Origin: an uncultured Chroococcidiopsis sp.
Lineage (GTDB): Bacteria > Cyanobacteriota > Cyanobacteriia > Cyanobacteriales > Chroococcidiopsidaceae
Direction of reading: 5' to 3'
NCBI GenBank assembly: GCA_964248365.1
Contig: CAXTYC010000002.1
Coordinates: forward strand, 166,547 to 230,546
Length of the DNA: 64,000 bases
The translations under genes were made by a program, and so were the position numbers. The notes below the pieces were generated by a model. The model saw only the letters and a list, made by a program, of their open reading frames with translations. It did not search any database and was not told the origin of the DNA. Positions 9,896 through 20,603 of the stretch are shown here, one piece after another (the first letter of the stretch is position 1; every line of letters starts with the position of its first letter).

Positions 9896-10891
9896 TCACC
9901 TTCCCCATTGAAAAACTGCCGCGCCCCAAGTCAAGCCAGCACCAAAACCAGCAGAGGCGATGATATCACCTGGTTTAATTTGACCTCCACGTACAGCTTC
10001 ATCGAGAGCAAGGGGAATAGAGGCGGCTGAGGTGTTGCCGTAGTGAGCCAGGTTGCTAATTACTTTTGATGGTGGAATAGAAAGACGCTCAGCCACAGCA
10101 TCGAGAATGCGTTGATTGGCTTGATGTAATAGGAGCCAGTCTACTTGATGTGCGCCTAGATTAGCGCGAAACAAAGCTTTGTCGATGACTTCTGGCACTC
10201 GTTGGACGGCAAAGCGGTAAACTTCTTTACCGTTCATAGTGATCGATTGATAAGTGCCGTTACTAACTTCAACACCATCAAGTAGTTGTTTCGGTTGAGC
10301 TTGGTAAGCAAGATTGAGACAATCGTTTTGACTGCCATCGCTTTTGAGTTCAAATCCGAGTAGGCGATCGCAATCTCCTGCTTGCATGACTAACGCCCCT
10401 GCACCATCCCCAAACAGTATACAAGTGCGGCGATCTTTCCAGTCCACCCAGCGGGAAAGAATATCTGCCCCAATCACGAGGACATTTTGGTAAACTCCTG
10501 TTCTGATGTACTGAGCAGCTGTTACCAACCCAAACAAAAACCCAGAACAAGCGGCTGTCATATCAAAGGCTACTGCATTGGTAGCGCCCAAAAGCGCTTG
10601 AATTTTACAAGCCGTACCAAATAAGTCATCGGGTGTTGAGGTGGCAAGAATAATTAAATCGATTTGTGTCTCAGTAATTCCTGCCATTGCGATCGCATTT
10701 TTTCCGGCTGCCGTTGCGATCGTACTCAAGGACTCCTCGCCTACTGCCAGCCGCCTCTGACTGATCCCCGTGCGGGTTCTAATCCACTCATCCGCCGTAT
10801 CAACCAGTTGACTCAAACCCTGGTTATCCAAGACTGTCTTTGGTGTTGCCCTTCCGCTGCCTGTAATTACTACCCCTGATTTTTGCACCAT
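9896..10891 (-). CDS. fabH: Beta-ketoacyl-ACP synthase III
   Basis: AACSGF, FGDGAGA, HQANQRI, GNTSAASIP motifs. Confidence 0.97.
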   Translation of the reverse strand: MVQKSGVVITGSGRATPKTVLDNQGLSQLVDTADEWIRTRTGISQRRLAVGEESLSTIATAAGKNAIAMAGITETQIDLIILATSTPDDLFGTACKIQALLGATNAVAFDMTAACSGFLFGLVTAAQYIRTGVYQNVLVIGADILSRWVDWKDRRTCILFGDGAGALVMQAGDCDRLLGFELKSDGSQNDCLNLAYQAQPKQLLDGVEVSNGTYQSITMNGKEVYRFAVQRVPEVIDKALFRANLGAHQVDWLLLHQANQRILDAVAERLSIPPSKVISNLAHYGNTSAASIPLALDEAVRGGQIKPGDIIASAGFGAGLTWGAAVFQWGR

Positions 10892-10997
10892 GCTTCTCCC
10901 AAGATTATGAGTGAGAAGAAAGAGCCAGAAGAATTCGGAATTAGCTAGCCTCGCGCTTCCTCTAGCCCCTAGCCCCTAGCCCCTAGCCCCTCACTCC

Positions 10998-12038
10998 TCA
11001 TTCTTCACTACCACTTACTGCTGATTTTTGACCACGTTGATTTTGAAACTGAATTCTTTCTATTACCTGGTTTTCAACTGCATCCTTCGCCAAGCGAATG
11101 GCATTAAAAATTGATGGTGCTTGAGAACTACCGTGACTGATAATGCAAATTCCGGCTACACCTAACAACAAGCCGCCTCCATGTTCTGCATGGTCTATCC
11201 GCTGCTTGATCCGCTTCAGGTTTGGTTTCAACAAACTTGTACCTAACTGACCGTGTAATCCTTGAGGTAACTCTTCCCGTAGGATTTGCAGCATCACTTC
11301 ACCCACAGCTTCTGCAAACTTTAGCAATACATTACCAACAAAACCATCGCAAACAATCACATCAAAGCGACCAGAAAGAATGTCTCGTCCTTCAGCATTG
11401 CCAATAAAGGAAATTTTAGAATTATCTTGTAGCATTTGATGAGTGCGGATAGCCAAGTCATTACCCTTGCTGTCTTCCTCACCTATATTCAGAAGTCCCA
11501 CTTTTGGGTCAGTAACACCCAGCACGTATTGACTATAAACCGATCCCATGTAGGCAAATTGCTCTAAAAACTTGGGACGGCAGTCAACATTTGCCCCGAC
11601 ATCGAGGAGTAACACTTGCTTACTGGCAATGATGGTTGGAAACACTGCGCCAATCGCTGGGCGGTCAATTCCCCGCAGTCTTCCTAAGCGCAACAGTGCG
11701 GATGCCATAGCTGCGCCAGAGTGACCTGCTGACACGACAGCATCTGCCCGCTTTTGCTTGACTAGATCCATTGCCACGTTGATTGAAGCCTTGGGCTTAC
11801 GTCTGATACCGCTCAAAGGCTCCTCATGCATTTCAATCGTACCCTCAGCGGGAACGATTTCTAGCTGACCTTGATTGGTCTTGGGAGGCAGGGCAGCTTC
11901 AATTTGCTGGGGTTCTCCCACCAGTAATACTTCTACACCCAATTCCTCCCGTGCCCGCAAAGCGCCAGTAACGATTTCGGCAGGTGCATGATCTCCCCCC
12001 ATAGCGTCAATTGCGATTCGTGCGCGAGTCGTTCCCAT
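10998..12038 (-). CDS. plsX: Phosphate acyltransferase PlsX
   Basis: IAIDAMGGDHAP, DVGANVD, NIGEE, DGFVGN, HGSS motifs. Confidence 0.97.
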   Translation of the reverse strand: MGTTRARIAIDAMGGDHAPAEIVTGALRAREELGVEVLLVGEPQQIEAALPPKTNQGQLEIVPAEGTIEMHEEPLSGIRRKPKASINVAMDLVKQKRADAVVSAGHSGAAMASALLRLGRLRGIDRPAIGAVFPTIIASKQVLLLDVGANVDCRPKFLEQFAYMGSVYSQYVLGVTDPKVGLLNIGEEDSKGNDLAIRTHQMLQDNSKISFIGNAEGRDILSGRFDVIVCDGFVGNVLLKFAEAVGEVMLQILREELPQGLHGQLGTSLLKPNLKRIKQRIDHAEHGGGLLLGVAGICIISHGSSQAPSIFNAIRLAKDAVENQVIERIQFQNQRGQKSAVSGSEE

Positions 12039-12400
12039 TGATGAAAGTTCCAGAAACCTTAAAGATCTTACCAGATGCCTTCCACATAACTATCAACCGA
12101 TCTTGTGCCCAATCAAGCCATTTTTCTTTAAGTATTGGTTAAAGAAAAATTGTTGACCACAAAAGTGAGTGGGGCAACGTGCGATCGCCATTTTTAGGGC
12201 AAAATATCAGCAAGTCGGAAAAAGTGGGGCAGAAGGTTTTAATGACAAATTTAACTCTATTATCTAAAATTGCCGTATTTGATCGATAAGTATTTAATTA
12301 TCTTGGGAAAAATTAGAAGAATCAGCACTCAGTTCACTGAAGGCTGAAAGCTAATCATTTGATTAGACCTTTAACACCACTACAAGAGGCAAGTGCTTCA

Positions 12401-13711
12401 ATGCTGGATCTAATTGGCTCGGGGTTAGTTTCTTTTTGGCTTGATGTGGCTGGGGTACGCGCCAAACCACTAGAAGCTTTTGAGGTATTGGCGTTGCAGA
12501 GTAGTCCGGCTTTAATTGTCGCTCCCGATCCCGATCCTGTCGAGAAAACTACAATCGGGCAATATTTGCACGTGCTAGAAACCGAGGGAATGGCAAGAGC
12601 TAACCAAGGAATCTGGATGCAGTCAGGACCAATGCTACTGGCTAACAATAATGGTACTGTGCCTTTGCCTGCTGCCTCGTTAACCAAAGTTGCCACTTCT
12701 TTGGCTGCGTTGAAAACTTGGAAACCCGATCATCGCTTTCAGACGTTAATTGGTGCGACAGGACCGATCGCGGGGGGGGTGCTGCATGGAGATTTGGTGA
12801 TTACTGGCGGTGGAGATCCTTTGTTTGTTTGGGAGGAGGCGATCGCGCTTGGTAACAGTCTCAACTCTTTGGGGATCCATCGCGTTACTGGTAACTTGGT
12901 AATCGCTGGCAATTTTGCCATGAATTACAAGTCCGATCCTCTAGTAGCTGGCGAATTACTCAAACAAGCCTTAGACTCTGCCACCTGGAAAGCTGCGGCA
13001 TTGCACCAGTACTCAACCCTACCTCCTGGTACGAGCAAACCTCGTGTGGTGATTTCTGGAGTTGTACAAGTGCCACTCATTCCCAACCCTAAACAAATCT
13101 TGCTATTGCGTCACAATTCTTTGCCTTTATCCGAAATCCTCAAGGAAATGAATGTTTACAGTAACAACGAAATGGCTCAGATGTTAGGCAATTCGTTGGG
13201 AGGAGCGCTCGTTGTGGGACACTTAGCTGCTACAGCGGCTGGGGTATCCCAGTCAGAAATTCAGCTAATGAATACTTCTGGACTGGGTGTAAAAAATCGG
13301 ATTTCGCCTAGAGCCGTTTGTGCCATGTTTATGGCAATCCAACGAGAATTACTTCCCCATCAAATGAGTGTAGCTGACGTGTTTGCCGTCGCCGGAGCGG
13401 ATCATCGAGGAACGTTAGAAACTCGTCATGTTCCAGCTGGAGCAGTAGTCAAAACTGGTACTTTAAATGATGTGAGTGCCTTGGCTGGAGTGATGCCGAC
13501 ACGCGATCGCGGCATGGTTTGGTTTGCCATCCTTAACCGAGGCTCAGCTATAGAACGCTTACGTACTAGTCAAGACAATTTGCTACAACGTCTAGTAAGA
13601 CAGTGGCATTTAGCACCAGTCGTTCCTGCTGCTATTACTCCCCACCGGATCGGTAAGATTCCTACCGATTTGGGCGCAGTTAGTCGGAATGACATTTTGT
13701 ACAGGAGTTAA
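12401..13711 (+). CDS. dacB: D-alanyl-D-alanine carboxypeptidase/endopeptidase (peptidase S13)
   Basis: PAASLTK (SxxK), YSNN (SxN), KTGTL (KTG), GGGDP; ATG 12401 preferred. Confidence 0.9.
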   Translation: MLDLIGSGLVSFWLDVAGVRAKPLEAFEVLALQSSPALIVAPDPDPVEKTTIGQYLHVLETEGMARANQGIWMQSGPMLLANNNGTVPLPAASLTKVATSLAALKTWKPDHRFQTLIGATGPIAGGVLHGDLVITGGGDPLFVWEEAIALGNSLNSLGIHRVTGNLVIAGNFAMNYKSDPLVAGELLKQALDSATWKAAALHQYSTLPPGTSKPRVVISGVVQVPLIPNPKQILLLRHNSLPLSEILKEMNVYSNNEMAQMLGNSLGGALVVGHLAATAAGVSQSEIQLMNTSGLGVKNRISPRAVCAMFMAIQRELLPHQMSVADVFAVAGADHRGTLETRHVPAGAVVKTGTLNDVSALAGVMPTRDRGMVWFAILNRGSAIERLRTSQDNLLQRLVRQWHLAPVVPAAITPHRIGKIPTDLGAVSRNDILYRS

Positions 13712-13778
13712 TTCAAGGGTGGCGAAAGCGAGGATAAGATAAAGGGCGATCGCATGAACTACCTGTTTGTTACACTGT

Positions 13779-14210
13779 ATGAGCGAATATCAAATCGAGG
13801 ATGAGGTACTGGGGTGTTTAGTTTGGGATAGTGAGCTTGAATGGTGGTCTAGCCAAATAGAGATCTTGTCTGGACACTGGATAAATGTGTCTGTTTCCCC
13901 AGAGAATACCGATCCATCTGTTATTTTTCAGCGTGTTCGCCACACTCTTTGTGCGATCCTAGAGGTAGAAATTAATCTTCGCCGCTCAACTGCTGACAAA
14001 CTTCTTAATCTTTATAACACTACATGGAATGACGGGCTGGCAATTAATCAGGAGGAATTTATTAATTGCATCACACTAGATGCAATTACCTTTTCTCCTG
14101 ACGGTAGTGCCGATCTCTACTATTGTGATGGAGATTTGTTTTGGGGGCATACAATCATCACTGCAATTGATACAGATGGCTGTTTTAAAGACACAATGAT
14201 TGCTGGGTAA
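13779..14210 (+). CDS. DUF2262-like acidic protein
   Basis: DEVLG...W...YNTTW...YYCDGDLFWGHTI pattern. Confidence 0.7.
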   Translation: MSEYQIEDEVLGCLVWDSELEWWSSQIEILSGHWINVSVSPENTDPSVIFQRVRHTLCAILEVEINLRRSTADKLLNLYNTTWNDGLAINQEEFINCITLDAITFSPDGSADLYYCDGDLFWGHTIITAIDTDGCFKDTMIAG

Positions 14211-14355
14211 TACCAACTAACGTATCAACTAGATCAACAGAAAGTATTACTCTACAGATTGATGCTGTTACAAGTTCAAACCTTTAAATACTGTGTTAAA
14301 AGATGGCTAGCAAGTGCTGATCCTCAAGTAAAATCTAAACAAGGGACTACAAACG

Positions 14356-14592
14356 ATGCCAATAACAAAAGTTGACGTGCGTGAAATGCAAGCACGGCTG
14401 ACAGAATCAATATCACTTGTGGTTGACGGAACTGAAGTAATAGTAACCGATGGTAGTATGCCCCTTGCCCGCCTCGTACCGTTTACGAATGGCACTACTC
14501 CAAGGCTAGCGGGTTTACATTTAGGGGCTATCCAAACCAGTGATGATTTCGATCACCCACTTGGAGACGACTTTTGGATTAATGGTAGGTGA
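14356..14592 (+). CDS. Type II antitoxin (Phd/YefM-like, VapB role)
   Basis: GTEVIVT...PLARLVP...SDDFDHPL..DFW; overlaps the toxin start (GTGA). Confidence 0.88.
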   Translation: MPITKVDVREMQARLTESISLVVDGTEVIVTDGSMPLARLVPFTNGTTPRLAGLHLGAIQTSDDFDHPLGDDFWINGR

Positions 14593-14975
14593 AAGTACTA
14601 TTTGATACCCACACTTTCATTTGGTGGGATAGCAATCCTACAAAGCTTTCTCCTTTTGTTCTTAGCTTGTGTAACGACTCTACAACAACCATTTTATTAA
14701 GTGTTGCCAGTGTTTGGGAGATGCAAATCAAGCTGCAATTAAATAAGCTTACCCTCACAATGCCACTGGCTGATATTATCAGCAGTCAACAGCAAACGAA
14801 TGGCATTGAGGTAATTCCTGTGACTCTCGCACACGTATTAGCATTGCAAAACTTACCAACGCTACACAAAGACCCTTTTGATTGCCTGCTAATTGCACAG
14901 ACAAATGTTGAAGATGCTATTTTGCTTAGTGCCGACGCAATCTTTGCTCAGTACCCAGTTACAGTATTGTGGTAG
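14589..14975 (+). CDS. vapC: PIN-domain toxin VapC
   Basis: LFDTHTFIW, SVASVWEMQIK, HKDPFD, LLSAD motifs. Confidence 0.9.
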   Translation: MKVLFDTHTFIWWDSNPTKLSPFVLSLCNDSTTTILLSVASVWEMQIKLQLNKLTLTMPLADIISSQQQTNGIEVIPVTLAHVLALQNLPTLHKDPFDCLLIAQTNVEDAILLSADAIFAQYPVTVLW

Positions 14976-15055
14976 TCTTGACTGGGGCAGTAGATCTGCC
15001 CTGCGATCGCAATGTTAAGCTGCCCATAGCGCACTTTCGCTATTCTTGCTAACTG

Positions 15056-15733
15056 ATGCCAACTGATATCCAGCTGCTACCCCGCCTAGAAGCGAAATCG
15101 AGGCGGGAAAACGGCAAACAGTACTATGTTGATGCTAAAGGCGATCGCCTTCCCAGTGTCACCACAATTCTTAACGCCACCAAACCACAAGAGGATCGAG
15201 ACAGGTTAGCTTCTTGGCGGCAGCGCGTTGGGAAAGAGGAAGCAAACCGAATTTCAGGCACAGCCAGCCGTCGGGGAACACAAACCCACAAACAAATTCA
15301 ACGCTACTTACGAGGCGAAGATACTACTTGTCCTGAAGCTAGCCGCCCTTACTGGGAGAGTATAAAACCAGTTCTTGAAAACATTGATATCGTTAGGTTA
15401 ATCGAAAGCCCCGTTTTCCACTATGACTTGAGCTATGCCGGAGTAGTAGACTGTGTTGCCAGCTACAAGGATATTCCCTGCGTCTGTGAGTGGAAGACAG
15501 CCGATAAACCCAAAGGTTCAATCGAGCGCCTGTTTGATTATCCGCTCCAGCTTACAGCTTACTTGGGAGCAGTAAATCATTATTACCAAAATTATGGTAT
15601 AATGCTCAGTCATGCTCTGCTAGTTGTGGCAATTCCCCAGTTACCCGCCGAGGTGTTTTGGTTTGAAAATGCCGCAATTGAATATTACTGGCAGGAGTGG
15701 GAAAAACGAGTCGCGGAATATTGCAGGGGCTAG
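15056..15733 (+). CDS. PD-(D/E)XK exonuclease family protein
   Basis: LPSVTTIL, RGTQTH, YAGVVD..., EWKT, QLTAY motifs. Confidence 0.85.
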   Translation: MPTDIQLLPRLEAKSRRENGKQYYVDAKGDRLPSVTTILNATKPQEDRDRLASWRQRVGKEEANRISGTASRRGTQTHKQIQRYLRGEDTTCPEASRPYWESIKPVLENIDIVRLIESPVFHYDLSYAGVVDCVASYKDIPCVCEWKTADKPKGSIERLFDYPLQLTAYLGAVNHYYQNYGIMLSHALLVVAIPQLPAEVFWFENAAIEYYWQEWEKRVAEYCRG

Positions 15734-15926
15734 GGGCTGGGGGCTAGGGACTAGAAGAGGATGGGGGGAAGCTTACAGTAATTCTCACAAGAGTCCCCTT
15801 GTCCCCTTTCCCTTTCCCCTTTTCCCTTTCCCCTTTTCCCTTTCTATTATGTCCACCTACTTAAGAAAAAAGGAATGAATCATATCATCCCCTTTTTGTC
15901 AACTAGTTAATTTTTAAACTTGTTGC

Positions 15927-17813
15927 TTACAAAGTCGGCACATATTGAGACTTGTCGGGTACATCAGCGTACTCGGCAAGAATCTGGCGGAATTCTTCAC
16001 CGTCAATTGTTTCTTTCTCGATTAGGAGATCGACTAAACGATCGCAGGCAGTGCGATTATCTCTAATCAGCTTCTTTGACAATTGGTAGCATTCTTCCAC
16101 AATAGCGCGGACTTGCCCATCGATGCGAGAAGCGATCGCATCTGAGTATTCTGAGCGGGACATCCAATCACGACCCAAGAACACTTCTCCCTGCTGGCTT
16201 TCCAATGACAGTGGACCTAAATCTGACATCCCAAATCGAGTTACCATCTGTCGCGCCATTCCTGTCACTTGTTGCAAGTCATTGCCTGCACCTGTGGTTA
16301 CTTCTGCCGCACCAAAGATCACAGCTTCAGCTGCTCTACCACCCAAAGCACCTGTAATTCTGGCTTTGAGCTGAGAGCGAGAAATCAATCCTTGCTCTTC
16401 GTTAGGAGTAAACCAAGTTAAACCCTGTGCTTGTCCGCGCGGGATGAGAGTAACTTTCTGCACTGGATCATGGTCTTTGAGCAGAGTACCAATTAAGGCG
16501 TGTCCAACTTCATGGTAGGCAATTAGCCGCTTGCTCTTGCTGTCTACCAGTGGTGTGCCTTCCATCCCTGCCACTACTCGGTCTACAGCATCGTCAATTT
16601 CTAACAAGGTAATCGCGTCTTTACGCCGTCTAGCAGTTAAAATTGCCGCTTCGTTGAGTAAGTTAGCTAAGTCAGCACCTGTAAAGCCTGGGGTACGTCT
16701 AGATATTGCTTCTAAGGAAACACTGGGGTCGAGTTTCTTATTGCGAGAGTGAACTTTTAAGATTTCCAGTCGTCCTTTCAAGTCGGGAGCATCGACAATT
16801 ACTTGTCGGTCAAATCTACCAGGACGCAAAAGTGCTGCGTCTAACACATCTGGACGGTTGGTTGCAGCAATAATAATGATACCTGTATTGCCTTCAAACC
16901 CGTCCATTTCTGTCAACAACTGGTTAAGGGTTTGTTCTCTTTCATCATTACCCCCACCAATTCCAGCTCCCCTTTGTCTACCTACCGCGTCAATTTCATC
17001 GATGAAGATTAGACATGGGGCGTTATCTTTGGCTTTTTTGAATAAGTCGCGGACACGGCTTGCACCCACACCCACGAACATCTCGACAAATTCACTACCA
17101 GAGATACTAAAGAATGGTACACCAGCCTCACCTGCGATCGCTTTTGCTAGCAAAGTTTTACCTGTTCCAGGTGGTCCCACCAGTAGCACACCTTTGGGAA
17201 TTCTTGCTCCTACTGCTGTGAACCGTTCTGGCTGTTTGAGGAAGGTGACGACTTCTTGCAGTTCTTCTTTGGCTTCGTCTATCCCAGCCACATCATCAAA
17301 TTTGATGCCTGTTTTGGCTTCCATTTGGAATCTGGCGCGGGATTTGCCAAAGTTTAGAGCTTGACCTGGACCGCCTGGAATGTTGCTAGAGCGACGGAAC
17401 AAGAAGAATAATCCACCAATCAACAGAATTGGAAAAATTAGATTACCTAATAAACCCCAAACTGCCCCGTCATTACGCATCGGGTGGGCATCAAAGCTAA
17501 CGTTTGCCTCTTTGAGCTTGGAAATCAGTTCAGGGGCATTATAAGGAAGATCTACCCGTAACCTTTGTACACGATTGTCAAGTTCTGGATCAATGGCTTC
17601 GACAATTGCCGTCCGCCCACCTTCGTAAAGATCTACACTGGTGACTCTACCAGCATCCACGTATTCCAGAAACCGACCATAAGTCATCCGAGTACTGGCT
17701 GTGTTCCTACTCGCCTCGGTGGGAGTAGTAGCAAACGCTCCTTGCCAGAAGAAAAAGCCTATCACTAGAGCTGGTAATGTCCAAAGTACCAGGACTCTCC
17801 ACGAAAATTTCAT
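15927..17813 (-). CDS. ftsH2: ATP-dependent zinc metalloprotease FtsH (FtsH2 type)
   Basis: GPPGTGKT Walker A, IFIDEID, HEVGH; N-terminus [10 protein letters not shown]...[16 protein letters not shown] typical of FtsH2. Confidence 0.93.
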   Translation of the reverse strand: MKFSWRVLVLWTLPALVIGFFFWQGAFATTPTEASRNTASTRMTYGRFLEYVDAGRVTSVDLYEGGRTAIVEAIDPELDNRVQRLRVDLPYNAPELISKLKEANVSFDAHPMRNDGAVWGLLGNLIFPILLIGGLFFLFRRSSNIPGGPGQALNFGKSRARFQMEAKTGIKFDDVAGIDEAKEELQEVVTFLKQPERFTAVGARIPKGVLLVGPPGTGKTLLAKAIAGEAGVPFFSISGSEFVEMFVGVGASRVRDLFKKAKDNAPCLIFIDEIDAVGRQRGAGIGGGNDEREQTLNQLLTEMDGFEGNTGIIIIAATNRPDVLDAALLRPGRFDRQVIVDAPDLKGRLEILKVHSRNKKLDPSVSLEAISRRTPGFTGADLANLLNEAAILTARRRKDAITLLEIDDAVDRVVAGMEGTPLVDSKSKRLIAYHEVGHALIGTLLKDHDPVQKVTLIPRGQAQGLTWFTPNEEQGLISRSQLKARITGALGGRAAEAVIFGAAEVTTGAGNDLQQVTGMARQMVTRFGMSDLGPLSLESQQGEVFLGRDWMSRSEYSDAIASRIDGQVRAIVEECYQLSKKLIRDNRTACDRLVDLLIEKETIDGEEFRQILAEYADVPDKSQYVPTL

Positions 17814-18324
17814 CAGTTAGTTGCCCTTAAATGTAGATACAACAATTGAGTTTAAGAAAGCTGTTAGCTGTTATCAGTTACCAGTTATCAGTTACCAGTT
17901 ATCAGTTACAGCTAAAAGCTAAAAGCTAATCGCTAATCGCTTTTATTAACTTGCTTGGCGCTGACTCAGATTCGGAATTACCTCCTTTGTGTCTGTTTCA
18001 TCCCAAGCTTTAGAACAATTACCCAGTTGTTAGCTACCGTAATGGGAATTTATCAAGATGTCAGAGTGAATCTTAATTAAATTTAACTTAATTTTAAGCG
18101 ATCGCACCACTAAAGAGCAGAGGAAGCAAAGGGAAAGCTTGAAGGTTAAAGGCTAAAGGCAAAAAGGGACTCGGGAAAGGGTAAAGGCAAAAGGGTAAAG
18201 GATAAAGGAAATTCATAATTTCTCCCCCAGCGCCCCCAGCGCCCCCAGCTCTCTTCTCGCCTCTTGCCTTACACCACTAACAGTTTACTATTATTAAAAG
18301 ATGTAAATAAATGTAAATAAAATT

Positions 18325-19032
18325 ATGCAAGATAAGGTTGTTGTAGTAGTCGGTGCGACTGGTGGCATTGGTTCAGCCTTAACTCATAAACTTGCGCCGA
18401 TGGGAGCGAGTTTAGTACTAGCAGCCAGAGATAGTAGTGCTTTATCGACTTTGGCGGCGCAATTACCAGCAAGTGAGCTTTTAACCGTTCCTTGTGATAT
18501 AAGCGATCGCAACCAGGTAGACACATTGATGCAAAAGACCATTGCCTCTTTCGGTAAAATTGATGTTCTGGTAAATGCGGCAGGAGCTGGAATATTAAAA
18601 CCATACAGCAATCTCGAACCTGCTGATTTAGAGGCAATGTTAGATGTAAACTTGAAGGGCAGTTTTTATACCTGTCAAGCAGCAGCCGAGTTGATGCAGG
18701 AGCGTAAAAGCGGTCACATCTGTAATATAGTGGGAATTTTAGGCAAGCACTCAATGTCAATGGCAGCGGCTTACTGTGCTTCTAAATTTGGTGTTGTCGG
18801 TTTGACCAAGTGCATGGCAGAGGAACTCAAGCGCTTTGGCATCAAGTTCACTCTATTCTACTTCGGTGGAGTAAATTCTCCTTTCTGGGATGACGTACAG
18901 ATCAAGGTAGACCGGAAAAAAATGCTCAGCCCTGAAACTGCTGCCAATGCTATTTTGTATGCTCTACAAGCCGAGCCACAAGCTGTACCAATGGAAATTA
19001 ATATTCAGCCAGAAAGTCACTTATTTTTCTAG
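18325..19032 (+). CDS. Short-chain dehydrogenase/reductase
   Basis: GATGGIG, NAAG, YCASK motifs. Confidence 0.92.
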   Translation: MQDKVVVVVGATGGIGSALTHKLAPMGASLVLAARDSSALSTLAAQLPASELLTVPCDISDRNQVDTLMQKTIASFGKIDVLVNAAGAGILKPYSNLEPADLEAMLDVNLKGSFYTCQAAAELMQERKSGHICNIVGILGKHSMSMAAAYCASKFGVVGLTKCMAEELKRFGIKFTLFYFGGVNSPFWDDVQIKVDRKKMLSPETAANAILYALQAEPQAVPMEINIQPESHLFF

Positions 19033-19265
19033 AGGCTAGGGGCGCTGGGGCGCTGGGGCGCTGGGGTGAGAGGCTAGTGGCTAGAGGTGAGAGGCTAGTG
19101 TACCCCTTGTCCCCTTGTCCCCTTTCACCCTTCAACCTTTATCCTTCAACCTTCATCCTTTTCCTAGCTTCTGTACAGGTTTCTTGCTTAAGAGTGACCA
19201 GAAAATTCAGTGAAACAGGCAAAATCTACAATCAGATAAGCTGTTGTGCTGGATTTTCAAAAGTT

Positions 19266-20354
19266 ATGGAAATTGATCACGTTCACTTCTACGTAGAAGA
19301 TGCCAGAGCGTGGCGTAACTGGTTCGTTCACAAGTTAGGGTTTCAGGAACACGCCAGTGGCAGCAGTGCTAGTCATACCTGTACAGAAGTAGTCAAGAGT
19401 GGAGCAATATACTTTGTCCTATCTTCACCCCTAACACCACTTAGTCCAGTAGCAGAGTTTTTGCGTCACCATCCGCCAGGGGTAGCAGATGTAGCTTTTC
19501 GCGTCTTGGATGTCGCAGCAGTGATGCAGCAGGCGGGGGCGTGGGGCGCTCAAGTCCTTCAACCCATCCAGCATCAACAAGGCTGTAAATGGGCAAAAAT
19601 CAAGGCTTGGGGTTCTTTGACTCACACGCTGATAGAAAGGCTTGAGGCAAGAGGAAAAGCAGAGGAGCAGAGGGGCAGAGGAGCAGAGGAGAGAACTGGT
19701 TTCAATTTCCCCCCTGCACCCCTGCACCCCTGCACCCCTGCACTCTCTTTCACTGGCATCGACCATATAGTATTAAACGTTGCTGCTGGTGATTTAGATC
19801 GTGTTGTTGCTTGGTATGAAAATGTTCTGGATTTTCATTCTCGGCAGTCGTTTAAAATTCAAACTGATCGCTCTGCCTTGAATAGTCAGGTGATGGTTTC
19901 CCATAATAACTGCGTTCAATTCCCCATTAATCAACCAGCATCACCTAATTCTCAAATTCAAGAATTTTTGGATGCAAATCGTGGTGCGGGAATTCAACAC
20001 ATTGCTTTACAAATACCCAAGATTGTGCAGGCGATCGCGCAATTTCGCTCTTGTGGTGTACCCTTCCTCCCCGTTCCTCCTAGCTATTACACCCAACTAC
20101 AATCCCGTCAAGGACTACCACTGGGGGCAGCTCAATTAGAGGAAATTGCTCAGCAGCAAATTTTAGTTGATTGGCAAGACACTAATCCCCAGGCTGTGCT
20201 GCTTCAGACTTTCACCCAGCCTATTTTCTCCCAGCCTACCTTTTTCTTTGAAATCATCGAGCGTCGCTCCCAAGCAGTAGGCTTTGGTGAAGGCAATTTT
20301 CGCGCCTTGTTTGAAGCAATCGAACGCGAACAAATTAAACGCGGCAGCATTTGA
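19266..20354 (+). CDS. hppD: 4-hydroxyphenylpyruvate dioxygenase
   Basis: IDHVHFYV, IDHIVLNV, GAGIQHIAL, FFEIIER, GFGEGNFRALFEAIEREQ; ATG 19266 (the upstream extension is repeat-derived). Confidence 0.95.
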   Translation: MEIDHVHFYVEDARAWRNWFVHKLGFQEHASGSSASHTCTEVVKSGAIYFVLSSPLTPLSPVAEFLRHHPPGVADVAFRVLDVAAVMQQAGAWGAQVLQPIQHQQGCKWAKIKAWGSLTHTLIERLEARGKAEEQRGRGAEERTGFNFPPAPLHPCTPALSFTGIDHIVLNVAAGDLDRVVAWYENVLDFHSRQSFKIQTDRSALNSQVMVSHNNCVQFPINQPASPNSQIQEFLDANRGAGIQHIALQIPKIVQAIAQFRSCGVPFLPVPPSYYTQLQSRQGLPLGAAQLEEIAQQQILVDWQDTNPQAVLLQTFTQPIFSQPTFFFEIIERRSQAVGFGEGNFRALFEAIEREQIKRGSI

Positions 20355-20603
20355 AGGGTAAAGGGGAAAGGGAAAAGAGGTATTGCGGTAAAGGAGAAAG
20401 GATAAAGGAGAAAGGATAAAGGTTGAAATTTTACACTTCCAACGAAATACTTCATACTTGTTCTCCCCTTTTCCCCCTCTCCCCCTCCTCTTTCCCTAGC
20501 CCCTAGCCTCTTATATTAGTAATTCCAAATTCATTCATCAAAAATTCAAATCTATAAGCTACTAGTATCTAGGCTATTGTGTTAAGTAAAGTAAATATTT
20601 CCT

